Both the position numbers and the translations under genes were made by a program. Under the pieces are notes generated by a model. That model was not told where the DNA came from and did not search any database. It was given only the letters and a program-made list of their open reading frames with translations. Positions 1 through 9,451 of a stretch of DNA of 64,000 nucleotides are shown piece by piece. Location: the NCBI GenBank assembly GCA_963790305.1, contig CAWBOC010000006.1:414675-478674 (forward strand). The letters are read 5' to 3'. Source of the stretch: an uncultured Gemmatimonadaceae bacterium (GTDB lineage: Bacteria; Gemmatimonadota; Gemmatimonadetes; Gemmatimonadales; Gemmatimonadaceae). Positions within the stretch are counted from its first letter, which is position 1; each line of letters begins with the position of its first letter.

Positions 1-245
1 CTAACGCCGGTGGCAGCCGCGAGGACGAAATCCTCCGTCCAGTTGCCCCCAGGCTGACCACGCATGGCGGCGGCCGTCGCAGCCCGGTACAGCGCCCCGG
101 AGTCGATGTGACGGAAGTCCAAACGCTCAGCGACCCAATGGGCGGTCGAGGATTTCCCCGACGCGGCCGGGCCGTCGATGGCGATGATCGCGGTTTCTCC
201 GGGCCGGCGAACGCGAGGCGTGAACGGTGGCGTCCCAGATCTCAT
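1..245 (-). CDS. cmk: Cytidylate kinase, 5' part (runs off the left edge; not in ORF track)
   Basis: Manual translation from ATG at 245: MRSG...[36 protein letters not shown] (P-loop plus DSGALYR motif). ATGA overlap with the aroA stop. Confidence 0.92.
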   Translation of the reverse strand, partial: MRSGTPPFTPRVRRPGETAIIAIDGPAASGKSSTAHWVAERLDFRHIDSGALYRAATAAAMRGQPGGNWTEDFVLAAATGV

Positions 246-1498
246 CGCGTGACACGCCGCAGGTCATCCCAAAACCCCGGGTACGATACGGCAACGCACG
301 ACGGATCATCGATGTGAATCTCGTTGCCCGGAAGGCTGGCGAGCACGCCGAACGCCATGGCGACGCGGTGATCGCCATGCGTGCGCACCGCGCCGCTCAA
401 TGGCATGGTCGAACCGTGCACGATGAAGCCATCCGGCGTTTCCTCCGCTCGAGCGCCAATCGCCTGAAGATTCTGCACCACGGTGGCAATCCGGTCACTC
501 TCCTTGACTCGGAGCTCCTGGGCGCCTCGCACCGTCGTGACGCCCTCGGCCCGTGCCGCGAGACAGCCGAGTAGCACCAGCTCGTCGATCATCGCCGGGA
601 CCTCTGCCCCCTCGATCGTCGTTCCGCGAAGCCTGGACGACTTCGCGCGAATCGTGCCGACCGGTTCGCCAGCAGAGTCGCGTTGAACCTCGGAAGACAC
701 CAGCCCGCCCATCCGGCGCGCCACGCCGACAAAGCCAACCCTTCGCGCGTTGAGCGCAACCCCGGGGAGCTCGACCTCGCCGTCGTCAGCGAGTAACGCC
801 AACGCCACGAAGAACGCCGCGGATGATGGATCCCCAGGCACGGTGAAATCGAGGGGCGCCAGACGAGCAATCGGCTCGAGCACCACGCGACCGTCGTGCG
901 TCGCGACATGAGCGCCCATGGCGCCGAGCAATCGCTCGGTGTGATCGCGTGTCGGCGCGGGCTCGGTCACTTCGGCGCGAACGCCGGCGACCAGCGCGCC
1001 GAGGAGAATCGCGCTTTTCGTTTGCGCGCTGGCGACAGGGGTCTGCCACACGAGAGCGTGCAGGTCCGCCCCGCGAACCAGCATCGGCAACCCATCGCCA
1101 CGCTCGAGCTCGACGGTGGCACCCATGGCCTCCAGCGGCTGCTTGATGCGCTTCATGGGGCGGCGAGACAGGCTGTCATCGCCGACGAAGCGGGCGCTGA
1201 ACGGATGCCCTGCGACGACCCCGGCCAGGAGACGCGCCGTCGTACCACTGTTCCCGCAGTCGAGCGCGCGCTCAGGGGCGTGCAGGCCGCGCCGTCCTCG
1301 CCCGTCGACGCGCGTCTCGGCGTCGCGCCACTCGATGGCCGTGCCTAACGCCGACAGCGCGGCAGCGGTCGAACGCACATCGTTCGAATCGAGCAGTCCG
1401 CGAACACGCGACCGGCCGTCGCCAAGCGCGGCGAGAATCAGCGCTCGGTGCGAGAGGGATTTGTCACCAGGAACGCGGACTGTTCCCGACACCCTCAT
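242..1498 (-). CDS. aroA: 3-phosphoshikimate 1-carboxyvinyltransferase (EPSP synthase)
   Basis: [36 protein letters not shown] and DHRVAM motifs. Start trimmed to the ATG overlapping the tyrA stop. Confidence 0.96.
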   Translation of the reverse strand: MRVSGTVRVPGDKSLSHRALILAALGDGRSRVRGLLDSNDVRSTAAALSALGTAIEWRDAETRVDGRGRRGLHAPERALDCGNSGTTARLLAGVVAGHPFSARFVGDDSLSRRPMKRIKQPLEAMGATVELERGDGLPMLVRGADLHALVWQTPVASAQTKSAILLGALVAGVRAEVTEPAPTRDHTERLLGAMGAHVATHDGRVVLEPIARLAPLDFTVPGDPSSAAFFVALALLADDGEVELPGVALNARRVGFVGVARRMGGLVSSEVQRDSAGEPVGTIRAKSSRLRGTTIEGAEVPAMIDELVLLGCLAARAEGVTTVRGAQELRVKESDRIATVVQNLQAIGARAEETPDGFIVHGSTMPLSGAVRTHGDHRVAMAFGVLASLPGNEIHIDDPSCVAVSYPGFWDDLRRVTR

Positions 1499-2334
1499 GC
1501 AGGGTCCTCCGCGGCCATCCTCCACGAGCGCGCCCTCTGCCAGGTCCCCGCCAATGCCGCACCGTCGCGAGCCTCGAGGGCATCGCCCAGATCCTGAAGC
1601 GCACTCGTCAGGCGACGCACGGCAGCGACGGTCTCGCGTGGTGCCCGGTCGAGTATCGCTTCCCACATGGCGAGGTCACTCGCTGCCAGACGGGTCGTGT
1701 CGCGCGCCCCGCGACCCAGATCGTGAGGATTGATCCCCTCGTCCGCGAGCGCGGCTGCGAGCGCCGTCGCAGTGAGCTGAGAAAGATGGCTGATCCACGA
1801 CATCAGCGCATCGTGCGCTTCCGCCTTCTCCCATATGACACGCGTCGCCCCGGCGCCCCGCCACAAGCTTTCGATACGGTCGCGAACAGCGTCGGGTGCG
1901 CGGGCTTCGCCGCGGACGGTCGCGCCGCGAAACATCCCGGGATCCGCGGCCCCGAAGCCAGAGCGCTCGGACCCCGCGATCGGATGCGTGCCGAGCACCC
2001 GACGGAACTCGATCTCGCTCAGACCGAGCGTGTCACGACTCTGCAGGCTGGACGCGTGCAGGAGGAGGCACTCGTCAGGCAGGTGGGGCAGCAGCGCGCG
2101 GACGACGTCGGCGACCTCAGCCAACGGGACCGCAAGCATGACCACCGTGGATGCGGCCATCCCGTGCATCCAGCCAGATCCGTCGGCCCCGCACACGGCG
2201 ATCCCAACGGCGCGCGCCGCGTCGCGGTCCCTTGCATTTCGTGACCAGGCGAGGGTCTGTGCGGCGCCACGCCAGGCCAGGGCAAGCGAGCCTCCGATGG
2301 CGCCTAGGCCCACGATTCCTATGCGCTCGAGCAT
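1495..2334 (-). CDS. tyrA: Prephenate/arogenate dehydrogenase
   Basis: IGIVGLGAIGGSLA Rossmann motif, THPIAGSE, HDALMSWISHL, RDTTRLA. Adjacent to aroA-cmk. Confidence 0.88.
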   Translation of the reverse strand: MLERIGIVGLGAIGGSLALAWRGAAQTLAWSRNARDRDAARAVGIAVCGADGSGWMHGMAASTVVMLAVPLAEVADVVRALLPHLPDECLLLHASSLQSRDTLGLSEIEFRRVLGTHPIAGSERSGFGAADPGMFRGATVRGEARAPDAVRDRIESLWRGAGATRVIWEKAEAHDALMSWISHLSQLTATALAAALADEGINPHDLGRGARDTTRLAASDLAMWEAILDRAPRETVAAVRRLTSALQDLGDALEARDGAALAGTWQRARSWRMAAEDPA

Positions 2335-2341
2335 GAGCCAA

Positions 2342-2422
2342 AGGTGGTCGAGGACGTCCAGGTCGTCGAGGTGACCGATGTGAATTCCCTCGATCACCTC
2401 GACGACGTGGCCGTCCTCGACC
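2342..2422. repeat. 9-nt tandem units (AGGTCGTCG-like x4), spacer, then inverted units (CCTCGACGA-like x4)
   Basis: aggtggtcg aggacgtcc aggtcgtcg aggtgaccg ...gaattc cctcgatca cctcgacga cgtggccgt cctcgacca. Confidence 0.8.
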
Positions 2423-2481
2423 ACAGGATAAGCCGTTGAGGGGGAATCGTTTACAGGAGCCGATCTCCAACCGGATTTCGG

Positions 2482-2510
2482 TTGACAGGTGCAATGAAGA
2501 GCATTATGAT
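2482..2510 (+). promoter_or_regulatory. Sigma70-type promoter TTGACA-17-TATGAT
   Basis: TTGACA 2482-2487, 17-nt spacer, TATGAT 2505-2510, in an otherwise GC-rich sequence. Confidence 0.8.
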
Positions 2511-2517
2511 TCGACAC

Positions 2518-2546
2518 CCGAACAAGTACCGAAATGGCCATTTCGG
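2518..2546. promoter_or_regulatory. Operator-like site: CCGAA direct repeat plus 18-bp perfect palindrome
   Basis: CCGAA at 2518 and 2529; CCGAAATGGCCATTTCGG at 2529-2546, just downstream of the -10 box. Confidence 0.55.
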
Positions 2547-2824
2547 AAGTCGACACAACGCTCACTCAGGAGGCGCGCTCACGACGACTCATGCGCATTC
2601 GCGAACTCGATCCCCAGAAGCGGTGCGGCACAGGGACGACGGTGACTCAGCTCTACCTCGTCGACCGGCTGCCCAACGATCCGGGGGTCCAGCACCTGGT
2701 GTTCTTCGACCGGCATGGATGGTACTGCCTCCATGGCCGGGACTGTCCCGCCGTGAAAGCCGCGCAACAGTGCGACAGGAAAAACGGACGGACGACGACT
2801 CAACGGACCATACGAACTCGATAG
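2534..2824 (+). CDS. Small hypothetical Cys/His-rich protein (alternative start 2591)
   Basis: ORF between the promoter and the Rad52-like gene, 12 nt upstream of the latter. HLVFFDRHGWYCLHGRDC motif. AGGAGG at 2568-2573. Confidence 0.7.
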   Translation: MAISEVDTTLTQEARSRRLMRIRELDPQKRCGTGTTVTQLYLVDRLPNDPGVQHLVFFDRHGWYCLHGRDCPAVKAAQQCDRKNGRTTTQRTIRTR

Positions 2825-2836
2825 GGTGGATGAGAG

Positions 2837-3580
2837 ATGATCGCACGACATGAGACCCAGACGGAGCCCACGCTCGATATTTGGCGTCGCCTTGCGGCGC
2901 CGGTCGATCCCCAGGCCATCGCCTGGCGGCAGGATGGGCGACCTATTGCACGGGACGGGAAGCTCTTTGCGCGCTTCGTCGCGTACATTGAAGCCAACAC
3001 CGTTCGCGAACGGCTGGACGCCGTAGTCCCGGGTGAGTGGAACCTGACCCTCGAGCTCCTTCCGACCGCGAGCGGGGGTGACGACGCAGGCGACTCGGCT
3101 CCCTTCGCCTTCAAGGCCCGGCTGCAAATCCTTGGCGTCGTGCGCGAGGACGTCGGCACGGGGAAGGATTACAAACAAGCCTCGACCGACGCGTTCAAGC
3201 GCGCGGCAGTGCGGTTCGGCATCGGCAACGAGCTCTATTCCTTCGGGCAGACCTGGGTCCCGATGGATGGGGACGGGAAATACGCCAAGCCGGTCGAAGA
3301 TCCGCGCACGGTGTACGAGCGCCGAGAGGAGAAGAGTGGGACGCCCTCCCTTCCCTTCACCCGCGGGCTGATCGCGACCGACATTCCTCCATGCCCCAAG
3401 TGCGGCGGACGGATGTGGGACAACCGAATCGGGAAGCGGAATCCGCGGGCACCGGACTTCAAGTGCCGGGATCGGAGCTGTGATGGCGTGGTGTGGCCAC
3501 CGCGTCCTGCCGCGGGCGAGACGCCCACTGAGACGCAGCCCGTCTCCGCGACGGGTACCACCGATCAGATTCCATTCTGA
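2837..3580 (+). CDS. Rad52/Rad22-family (Sak/DdrA-like) single-strand annealing protein with C-terminal Zn ribbon
   Basis: AYIEANTVRERLDAV..GEW and STDAFKRAAVRFGIGNELY Rad52-fold motifs; CPKC...FKCRDRSC; ends DQIPF. Confidence 0.85.
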   Translation: MIARHETQTEPTLDIWRRLAAPVDPQAIAWRQDGRPIARDGKLFARFVAYIEANTVRERLDAVVPGEWNLTLELLPTASGGDDAGDSAPFAFKARLQILGVVREDVGTGKDYKQASTDAFKRAAVRFGIGNELYSFGQTWVPMDGDGKYAKPVEDPRTVYERREEKSGTPSLPFTRGLIATDIPPCPKCGGRMWDNRIGKRNPRAPDFKCRDRSCDGVVWPPRPAAGETPTETQPVSATGTTDQIPF

Positions 3581-3599
3581 TTCGGAGGCCCGGAGACAC

Positions 3600-3639
3600 A
3601 AACGCCGCTCGGCGCTGAGGCGCAGGGCGGCGTTTCTTC
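3600..3639 (+). terminator. Probable intrinsic terminator between convergent genes
   Basis: aaacgccgctc...gggcggcgttt followed by cttc. Confidence 0.55.
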
Positions 3640-3654
3640 ATCCCGTCGCACGAG

Positions 3655-4212
3655 CTAGACTCTGGGACCCTCGCGCTCGACGGGGGCCACGAGCGCGGTC
3701 CCGTGGTAGACGTCGACGATTACCACCGAGTCCCACCGATCCGGCTCACTCACCCCGACCACTGGTCGGGCGTTGAACGCCACTGTGCGCTCGCCGCGGC
3801 GAATCATGACGCGTCCGAGAGCTCGTGCGGAGGGAGGGGCGACGAACTTCCCCGTCAGCCCGACGAGACCTTCCTCGTCCTCGGCTGGGTCGGTGAGACC
3901 AGCGGGCGACGGCGTCGCCCTGTTCGTCGCGACGACCGGACGAGGTGTGAGCACCAGGACCAGCACTGCGGCGGCAGTTCCAGCGGCGGCGGCGAGACGC
4001 GGGGCCAATCCCTCCATCGACGGCACCGCCAGCACAAGGACGAGGCCGATCCCTCCGAACGCCACGAGGCACGCGCACGCAGCGCGCGTCACCGACAGCG
4101 GCGACAGCGCCCCGATGATGGAGTCATGTGCGCGTGCATCGCTCTCCATGCGGTGCGAGAGCAGCAGCAACCCGCCGCCGAGGAGGCCGGAAAGGAGGAA
4201 GAGAGTCGTCAT
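3655..4212 (-). CDS. NfeD/YqiJ-like membrane protein with C-terminal OB-fold
   Basis: Three hydrophobic segments, then LVGLTGKF...GRVMI...VVIVDVYHGTALVAP, typical of the NfeD C-domain. Confidence 0.65.
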   Translation of the reverse strand: MTTLFLLSGLLGGGLLLLSHRMESDARAHDSIIGALSPLSVTRAACACLVAFGGIGLVLVLAVPSMEGLAPRLAAAAGTAAAVLVLVLTPRPVVATNRATPSPAGLTDPAEDEEGLVGLTGKFVAPPSARALGRVMIRRGERTVAFNARPVVGVSEPDRWDSVVIVDVYHGTALVAPVEREGPRV

Positions 4213-4282
4213 GGCTTCGGACCGTCCATTCTGTATGCGCACCCTCCGAAATGCAATCGTCCGTTTCCAGGTTAGCCCGATC

Positions 4283-4798
4283 TCATTCGACGGCGGCCGG
4301 CACCTGGGCGACCCCAGCTGGCACCGGCGACAGACGCCACCGCACCGAGGCCCGAGCGACGACATCACCGCTCGCGTCGCGAATCTCGGGATGCAGATCG
4401 ATCTCGAGGGGCGTGTAGACTGCCGGCACATCACACCGACACTCGGCGACGAGATCGCCACGGGCCTTTTTCACGAAATCGATCGCGAATCGAACGGGAA
4501 TCCCGCGCACGTTGTCGGGGAGGCCCACGATCATTGCGACACCACTCGCGACCTCGGCGAGGTTCGCGAGGGCAATGGCGTGCACGGATTGGAGATGATT
4601 ACGCACGGCTCGGCGATCGCGCATCGCCACGCGCGCTACGCCAGGTGCAATCTCGAGAAATCGCGGGCGGATGGTGCCGGTGTACGGAACCAGTCGCGAC
4701 AGCAGGCGTCCAAAGAGCCACCGGCCGCCGGGGAGAGGCGCGAGTCGCGACCACGCGTTTCGCAGTGCGCTCCCGGGAGAGCGTGATCGCTGAGTCAT
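4283..4798 (-). CDS. Hotdog-fold PaaI/DUF4442-like thioesterase
   Basis: [34 protein letters not shown]. Confidence 0.82.
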   Translation of the reverse strand: MTQRSRSPGSALRNAWSRLAPLPGGRWLFGRLLSRLVPYTGTIRPRFLEIAPGVARVAMRDRRAVRNHLQSVHAIALANLAEVASGVAMIVGLPDNVRGIPVRFAIDFVKKARGDLVAECRCDVPAVYTPLEIDLHPEIRDASGDVVARASVRWRLSPVPAGVAQVPAAVE

Positions 4799-4933
4799 GC
4801 GATGCCGTAGCGAAGAGGGATCGCCAATTTGTGAGCAGGGGGAACGAACGACAAGCGTGCTGGCGCGATGCCCCCGGTCGAATCATCTTCTCGCGTCGCA
4901 TTGCCGCTGGTCACCCGAACCAAGAGGTGGCGC

Positions 4934-7900
4934 ATGAGCCGTCGCGTTTGCTGGTCTCTTCTGCTCGTCCTCAGTGCGGCAGTCGCGGCACTCGGCCTGC
5001 GGGCAGCTCCCCTGGCGGCACAGGCGCAAGCCACCACGGGGATCGTGCGCGGGTTGGTGGTGGATTCCGCGGGTGCGGGAGTCGTCGGCGCGGTGGTTTC
5101 GCTTCGGAACGTGGCGACGAACTTCGAGCGGACACTGCAGACGAGTGATCGCGGGAGCTTTGTCGCGACCCTGCTTCCGCTCGGTGTCTACACGTTGACG
5201 GTGCGCGCGCTCGGGTACGCCGAAGGCCAGCGGCCAGGAATCGTCGTTCGGTTAGGCGAGAGCGTCGACCTGCGCATGACGCTGCAACCGCGCGCCGTGG
5301 AGCTGGCGACCGTTTCGGTGACGGGAGAGGCGCCCATCGTCGACGTGACGCAGACCGAAGCGGCCACGCGCATCTCGCGCGAGGCAATCGAGGGGCTGCC
5401 TAACAACGGCCGCAACTACCTCAACCTCACGCTGCTGACCCCCAACGTCGCCATCGTCCAGGGGCCGGACGGGGACGAATTGAGCGTCGGCGGCCAGCGC
5501 GGCATTCACAACAATGTCTCGGTGGATGGCGCGGACTTCAACAACCCGTTCTTCGGCGAGCAGCGTGGCGGGCAGCGGCCGGCGTTCACCTTCAATCTCG
5601 ACGCCGTCCAGGAGATGGTGGTGATCTCCAACGGCGCCAACGCGGAGTTCGGGCGATCCAGCGGCGGCTTCGTCAATGTCATCACGAAGTCCGGGACCAA
5701 CGAGCTCGGCGGGTCGGTGCACTACTACGGAAAATCCGATGCGCTGTCCTCCGACTTCGCGCGCGGCGGCGGTAATCCCGATTTCCGCCAGCACCAGTTC
5801 GGGTTCACGCTCGGCGGCCCCATCCAGCGAGACCGACTGTTCTTCTTCGTCGCATACGATCAACAGGTGTTCGATCAGACCAAGCAGACCAATTCGCTCC
5901 GGTTCGGTGATGCGCGGCTTCGAGCGTGGATGGACAGCGCCTTTGGAGGCGGACTACGCGGCGACTACGGCGCGATCGCACGCACCAACGATGCGAACGC
6001 GCTCATGGCCAAGCTCGACTGGCGCGTGAACGCGCAGCACCAGGTGTCACTCAAGTACAACTACGCCAATTCAGAGCAGGTAAACGGCACGTTCGACGTC
6101 GACACGTGGGGCCGGAGCGCCAATGCCGTCGAGAAGGATTACTCCCACGCCGTCAATGGCTTCCTCGGGTCGCAGTTCGGGAATTCGGTGTCGAACGAGT
6201 TCCGGTTCCAGCTTGCGCGAGAAGACCGGCCACGTCCGTACGGTGGACCGCGGATGTCGAGCGGTCGCCCGTTCCCCGACACCGGGATGGACTTTGCGGC
6301 GGGCTATCGGTTCGGCATGCCGTTCTTCATTCCAGTCGAGGCCTACGACACGCGCATTCAAATCCTCGACAACATCTCGTGGTCGCGCGGCAACCACCTG
6401 TTCAAGGCCGGCGCCGAATGGAATCGTACCGAAGAGACGCAGACCTTCATCGGCTTCGCGAATGGGCGCTTCATCTTCAATAGCGTAGACGGATTCATCG
6501 AGTACCTCCGGAATCCCGCCTTCGTACAGTGCACCGATCCCGATGGCAACATCGTCTCCTCGGGAGTCGCAATCACGTGCCCTACAGGGTCGGAGATTGG
6601 AGGCCCGTTGCTCCTCTACCTCCAGTTCGCTCCCGTGCCGCCGTACACGACGGCCGAGCAGGCTGGAACGCAGAAGATCCCGCAGCACGAGCTCGCGGTA
6701 TTTCTGCAGGATACGTGGAAGCCACAGCCGAACCTAACGGTGAACTACGGCGTGCGGTGGGAGGCGCAGATCGAGCCCGATCCGATCACGCCACCGTCGG
6801 AGGTGTTCTACGCTCCGTTCATCGGGCGCACGAAGGCCGGCCAGACCTTCTCGTCGGACGGGACGATTCCGTCCGACTGGACGATGTTCCAGCCACGGCT
6901 CGGCATCGCATGGGACATGGACGGCGACGGACGCAAGGTGATGCGAGGCAGCGCCGGACTCTACTACGCACGCGTTCCAAGCCTCATTCTCGCCAGCACG
7001 CGTACGAGCAACGGCTCGGTTGGGCAGACCATCTTCCGTGCCAGCTTCTTCAATGGCTTCGGCGTTCGTCCCCCCCGCTACGATTCGCTGCTCAACACCA
7101 CCGGGGTCCGACCCGACCATCCAGGTATCACCATCACCGACAAGGATTTTCGCAATCCGCGCACATTCGCGGCGAGCGCAGGCTACGAGTTCGAGATCGC
7201 GGAGGGGTGGGCACCATCGATCACGTACAACTACACTCGAACCGATTTCCTCAACCGCTTCATCAACCGCAATGACGCGGTGTTCGGCGCGCCGTGGCGC
7301 ACGGGCCTGCCGGCCATTGCGGGCGCCCCAGCCAATCCTGCTGACACGGCGAATGGCATCGACGTCCTGACCGTCCTCGAGAGCTCGGCCAAATCGCGGT
7401 ATCACGGAGTGACCGCAGGTTTGAAAGGCCGCGTCGGCACGCGCTTCGACATGCAGGTGAACTACACGCTCTCGTGGGACCGCTCCGACGACGATAACGA
7501 ACGCGACCCTTTCACCTTCCGCTACGCGCGCGCGGACGCGCTCAATGCGGAGTGGGGCTACTCTGATCGAGACCAGCGACATCGCGTCAACGCATGGTTG
7601 CTCGCCCGGGCACCATGGGAGCTCATCTTCAACAACCGCGTGAGCTACTACTCCGCGCAGCCGGTCTCGGAGCGCTGCGTGGGCAACCAGCCGTCGGGTC
7701 AGACGGCGGCGGCTCCCACCGACCGCATTTGCGCGAACGGGACGGTTCTGCAGCGCAACACGCTGCGCAAGGACAACGAGTTCTTCTCGTGGGATGTGCG
7801 CATCTCACGGCCGTTCAAGGTGGGAACGGGCGCGCTCGAGGCGATCGTGGAGGTGTTCAACGTGACGAACACCGACAACTTCCGCGACCCGGCGCCGACG

Positions 7901-7987
7901 TCGCTGTTGTTCAACTTCGACGGCACGATCCGGAGCGGCCTTGGGGATCCGAGGCAAGTGCAGGCCGGATTGAGGTGGGTGTTCTAA
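4934..7987 (+). CDS. TonB-dependent outer-membrane receptor (Oar-like, with carboxypeptidase-regulatory-like N-domain)
   Basis: Signal peptide, LPNNGRNYLNLTLLTP, AEFGRSSGGFVNVITKSGTNE plug motif, C-terminal PRQVQAGLRWVF. GAGG before ATG 4934. Confidence 0.92.
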   Translation: MSRRVCWSLLLVLSAAVAALGLRAAPLAAQAQATTGIVRGLVVDSAGAGVVGAVVSLRNVATNFERTLQTSDRGSFVATLLPLGVYTLTVRALGYAEGQRPGIVVRLGESVDLRMTLQPRAVELATVSVTGEAPIVDVTQTEAATRISREAIEGLPNNGRNYLNLTLLTPNVAIVQGPDGDELSVGGQRGIHNNVSVDGADFNNPFFGEQRGGQRPAFTFNLDAVQEMVVISNGANAEFGRSSGGFVNVITKSGTNELGGSVHYYGKSDALSSDFARGGGNPDFRQHQFGFTLGGPIQRDRLFFFVAYDQQVFDQTKQTNSLRFGDARLRAWMDSAFGGGLRGDYGAIARTNDANALMAKLDWRVNAQHQVSLKYNYANSEQVNGTFDVDTWGRSANAVEKDYSHAVNGFLGSQFGNSVSNEFRFQLAREDRPRPYGGPRMSSGRPFPDTGMDFAAGYRFGMPFFIPVEAYDTRIQILDNISWSRGNHLFKAGAEWNRTEETQTFIGFANGRFIFNSVDGFIEYLRNPAFVQCTDPDGNIVSSGVAITCPTGSEIGGPLLLYLQFAPVPPYTTAEQAGTQKIPQHELAVFLQDTWKPQPNLTVNYGVRWEAQIEPDPITPPSEVFYAPFIGRTKAGQTFSSDGTIPSDWTMFQPRLGIAWDMDGDGRKVMRGSAGLYYARVPSLILASTRTSNGSVGQTIFRASFFNGFGVRPPRYDSLLNTTGVRPDHPGITITDKDFRNPRTFAASAGYEFEIAEGWAPSITYNYTRTDFLNRFINRNDAVFGAPWRTGLPAIAGAPANPADTANGIDVLTVLESSAKSRYHGVTAGLKGRVGTRFDMQVNYTLSWDRSDDDNERDPFTFRYARADALNAEWGYSDRDQRHRVNAWLLARAPWELIFNNRVSYYSAQPVSERCVGNQPSGQTAAAPTDRICANGTVLQRNTLRKDNEFFSWDVRISRPFKVGTGALEAIVEVFNVTNTDNFRDPAPTSLLFNFDGTIRSGLGDPRQVQAGLRWVF

Positions 7988-7991
7988 GACG

Positions 7992-8070
7992 GGGGCGCTG
8001 GGATAGCGCTGGAATAGCGCTGGAAGAGCGCTGGAAGAGCGCTTCCCCAGCGCTTCTCCAGCGCCCCAGC
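7992..8070. repeat. 11-nt tandem units (GCGCTGGAA(T/G)A) followed by inverted copies
   Basis: ggggcgctgg gatagcgctgg aatagcgctgg aagagcgctgg aagagcgct tcc ccagcgcttct ccagcgcccc, directly after the receptor stop codon. Confidence 0.8.
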
Positions 8071-8202
8071 ACGTCGGCTTTTATTCGCGTTGCGGCTCGC
8101 CCCATCAGCCCGTCCTACCAGTGGTGCGAGGCGGAGCGACCGACCCCGCGGTCATGCTGTCCCCTCCACCGCAAGCCGTACCTGCAGCGAAGGAGTACCC
8201 CC

Positions 8203-8877
8203 ATGCGGTCGAGACTCGCTTGCGCATCGCTCATTCTGTTGAGCGCCGCGTGTCACCCGCGCGCCATCACCCGCCTCAATGTGACGGCGCCCTGCCTCGA
8301 AGCCGAGGCCGGAAAGGCTGGACGGAACGCGTGTCGCGATGCGATCGCGGACAACCCCGGTGAACCCAAGCTGCACACGCGGCTCGCGGCGTCGCACGTA
8401 GCCCTCGGCCAGGATGCCGAGGCGCTCGCCGAGCTGGAGCATGCGATCCGGCTGGATCCGGGCAACTTCGAGGCGCACTACGGCGCCGGCATGGTGCTGG
8501 CGCGGATGAAGCGGAGTGCCGATGCGCTGATGCATTTCCGTGATGCGCGCGCGATTGACGCGTCCGATCCGTCGGTAACGTGGCACATCGCGAATGCCCT
8601 TCGGACGCTCGGTGAGCGCGACCAGGCTTTTGCCGAGTTCCGTGCGCTCGTGGAGCGAGATCCGAACAACTCGTCGGCGTGGAGCTGGATGGCGATCAGC
8701 GCCGCGGAAATGGGCCGGCACGCGGAAGCGGTGGCGTACTGGCAGCGCACGCTGGAGCTCAACGTCCGGCACTTCGATCTGATGCAGGCGACCGAGAAGG
8801 CGATGTTCGAGGAGAGCCTTCGCATCGCCGGGCCGCAGCCGTCGGCGCGGATCGAGCCCGCGACGAAGAAGCCGTAA
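8203..8877 (+). CDS. TPR-repeat lipoprotein
   Basis: AGGAG RBS, lipobox LSAAC, about four TPR-like repeats (e.g. ALAELEHAIRLDPGNFEAHYGAG). Confidence 0.8.
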   Translation: MRSRLACASLILLSAACHPRAITRLNVTAPCLEAEAGKAGRNACRDAIADNPGEPKLHTRLAASHVALGQDAEALAELEHAIRLDPGNFEAHYGAGMVLARMKRSADALMHFRDARAIDASDPSVTWHIANALRTLGERDQAFAEFRALVERDPNNSSAWSWMAISAAEMGRHAEAVAYWQRTLELNVRHFDLMQATEKAMFEESLRIAGPQPSARIEPATKKP

Positions 8878-8896
8878 CGTCAGCGGTCTGGCGTAA

Positions 8897-8931
8897 ACGA
8901 GGGGCGGCGCCAACTTGGCGCCGCCCCTCGT
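8897..8931. terminator. Perfect 17-bp-arm inverted repeat between convergent genes
   Basis: acgaggggcggcgccaa c ttggcgccgcccctcgt. Confidence 0.7.
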
Positions 8932-8962
8932 CTGCATGCTGAAGCTACCTATCTCGGCGTCG

Positions 8963-9451
8963 TCAGGGCTTCTTGCACTCCGCCACGACCTGAAGGTCGT
9001 TCACGACGACGTTGCCGGCGTTGTCCTGACGGTACTGCCACTTCACCGTCGTGATGAAGTCGTTTCCGGGTCCCGGACCCATGACCCGCAACTTCTCGTG
9101 GGCGTGAGCGACGTACTGCTGGGTACCGCCGAACTCATAGGAGCGCTGCGTGCCCTGCAACCATTGCACTCGGTACTCTGTTCCGGACGTAACCCCGACA
9201 GCGCGGACGTCGGTGAGGCGAACGCGTGTCACGTTGTGCACCCGGCCGCCCACCGCTCCGCCGGCCTTGATCGTGGTGACGAGGTTGCCCGTCACGTGAA
9301 CCTGTTCGGTGCATCCGGTGAAGTTCTGATCGATCGCTGTCGTGAACGTCGTGTCGACGCGCTCACGGTCTGACGGATTCTGCGCGCGCGCCGCATTCGG
9401 GACTATCGCGAGCAGAGCGAGCGCAAGGCCGACCATGGACATCTTCTTCAT
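8963..9451 (-). CDS. Secreted hypothetical beta-rich protein
   Basis: AGGAGG RBS, Sec signal ending ARA-Q, two Cys near the ends of the mature domain. Confidence 0.78.
   Translation of the reverse strand: MKKMSMVGLALALLAIVPNAARAQNPSDRERVDTTFTTAIDQNFTGCTEQVHVTGNLVTTIKAGGAVGGRVHNVTRVRLTDVRAVGVTSGTEYRVQWLQGTQRSYEFGGTQQYVAHAHEKLRVMGPGPGNDFITTVKWQYRQDNAGNVVVNDLQVVAECKKP

Noticed and set aside
2837..3580. Rad52/Sak gene as a prophage remnant
   Set aside because: No integrase, structural or replication genes nearby; it has host-type promoter and terminator signals.
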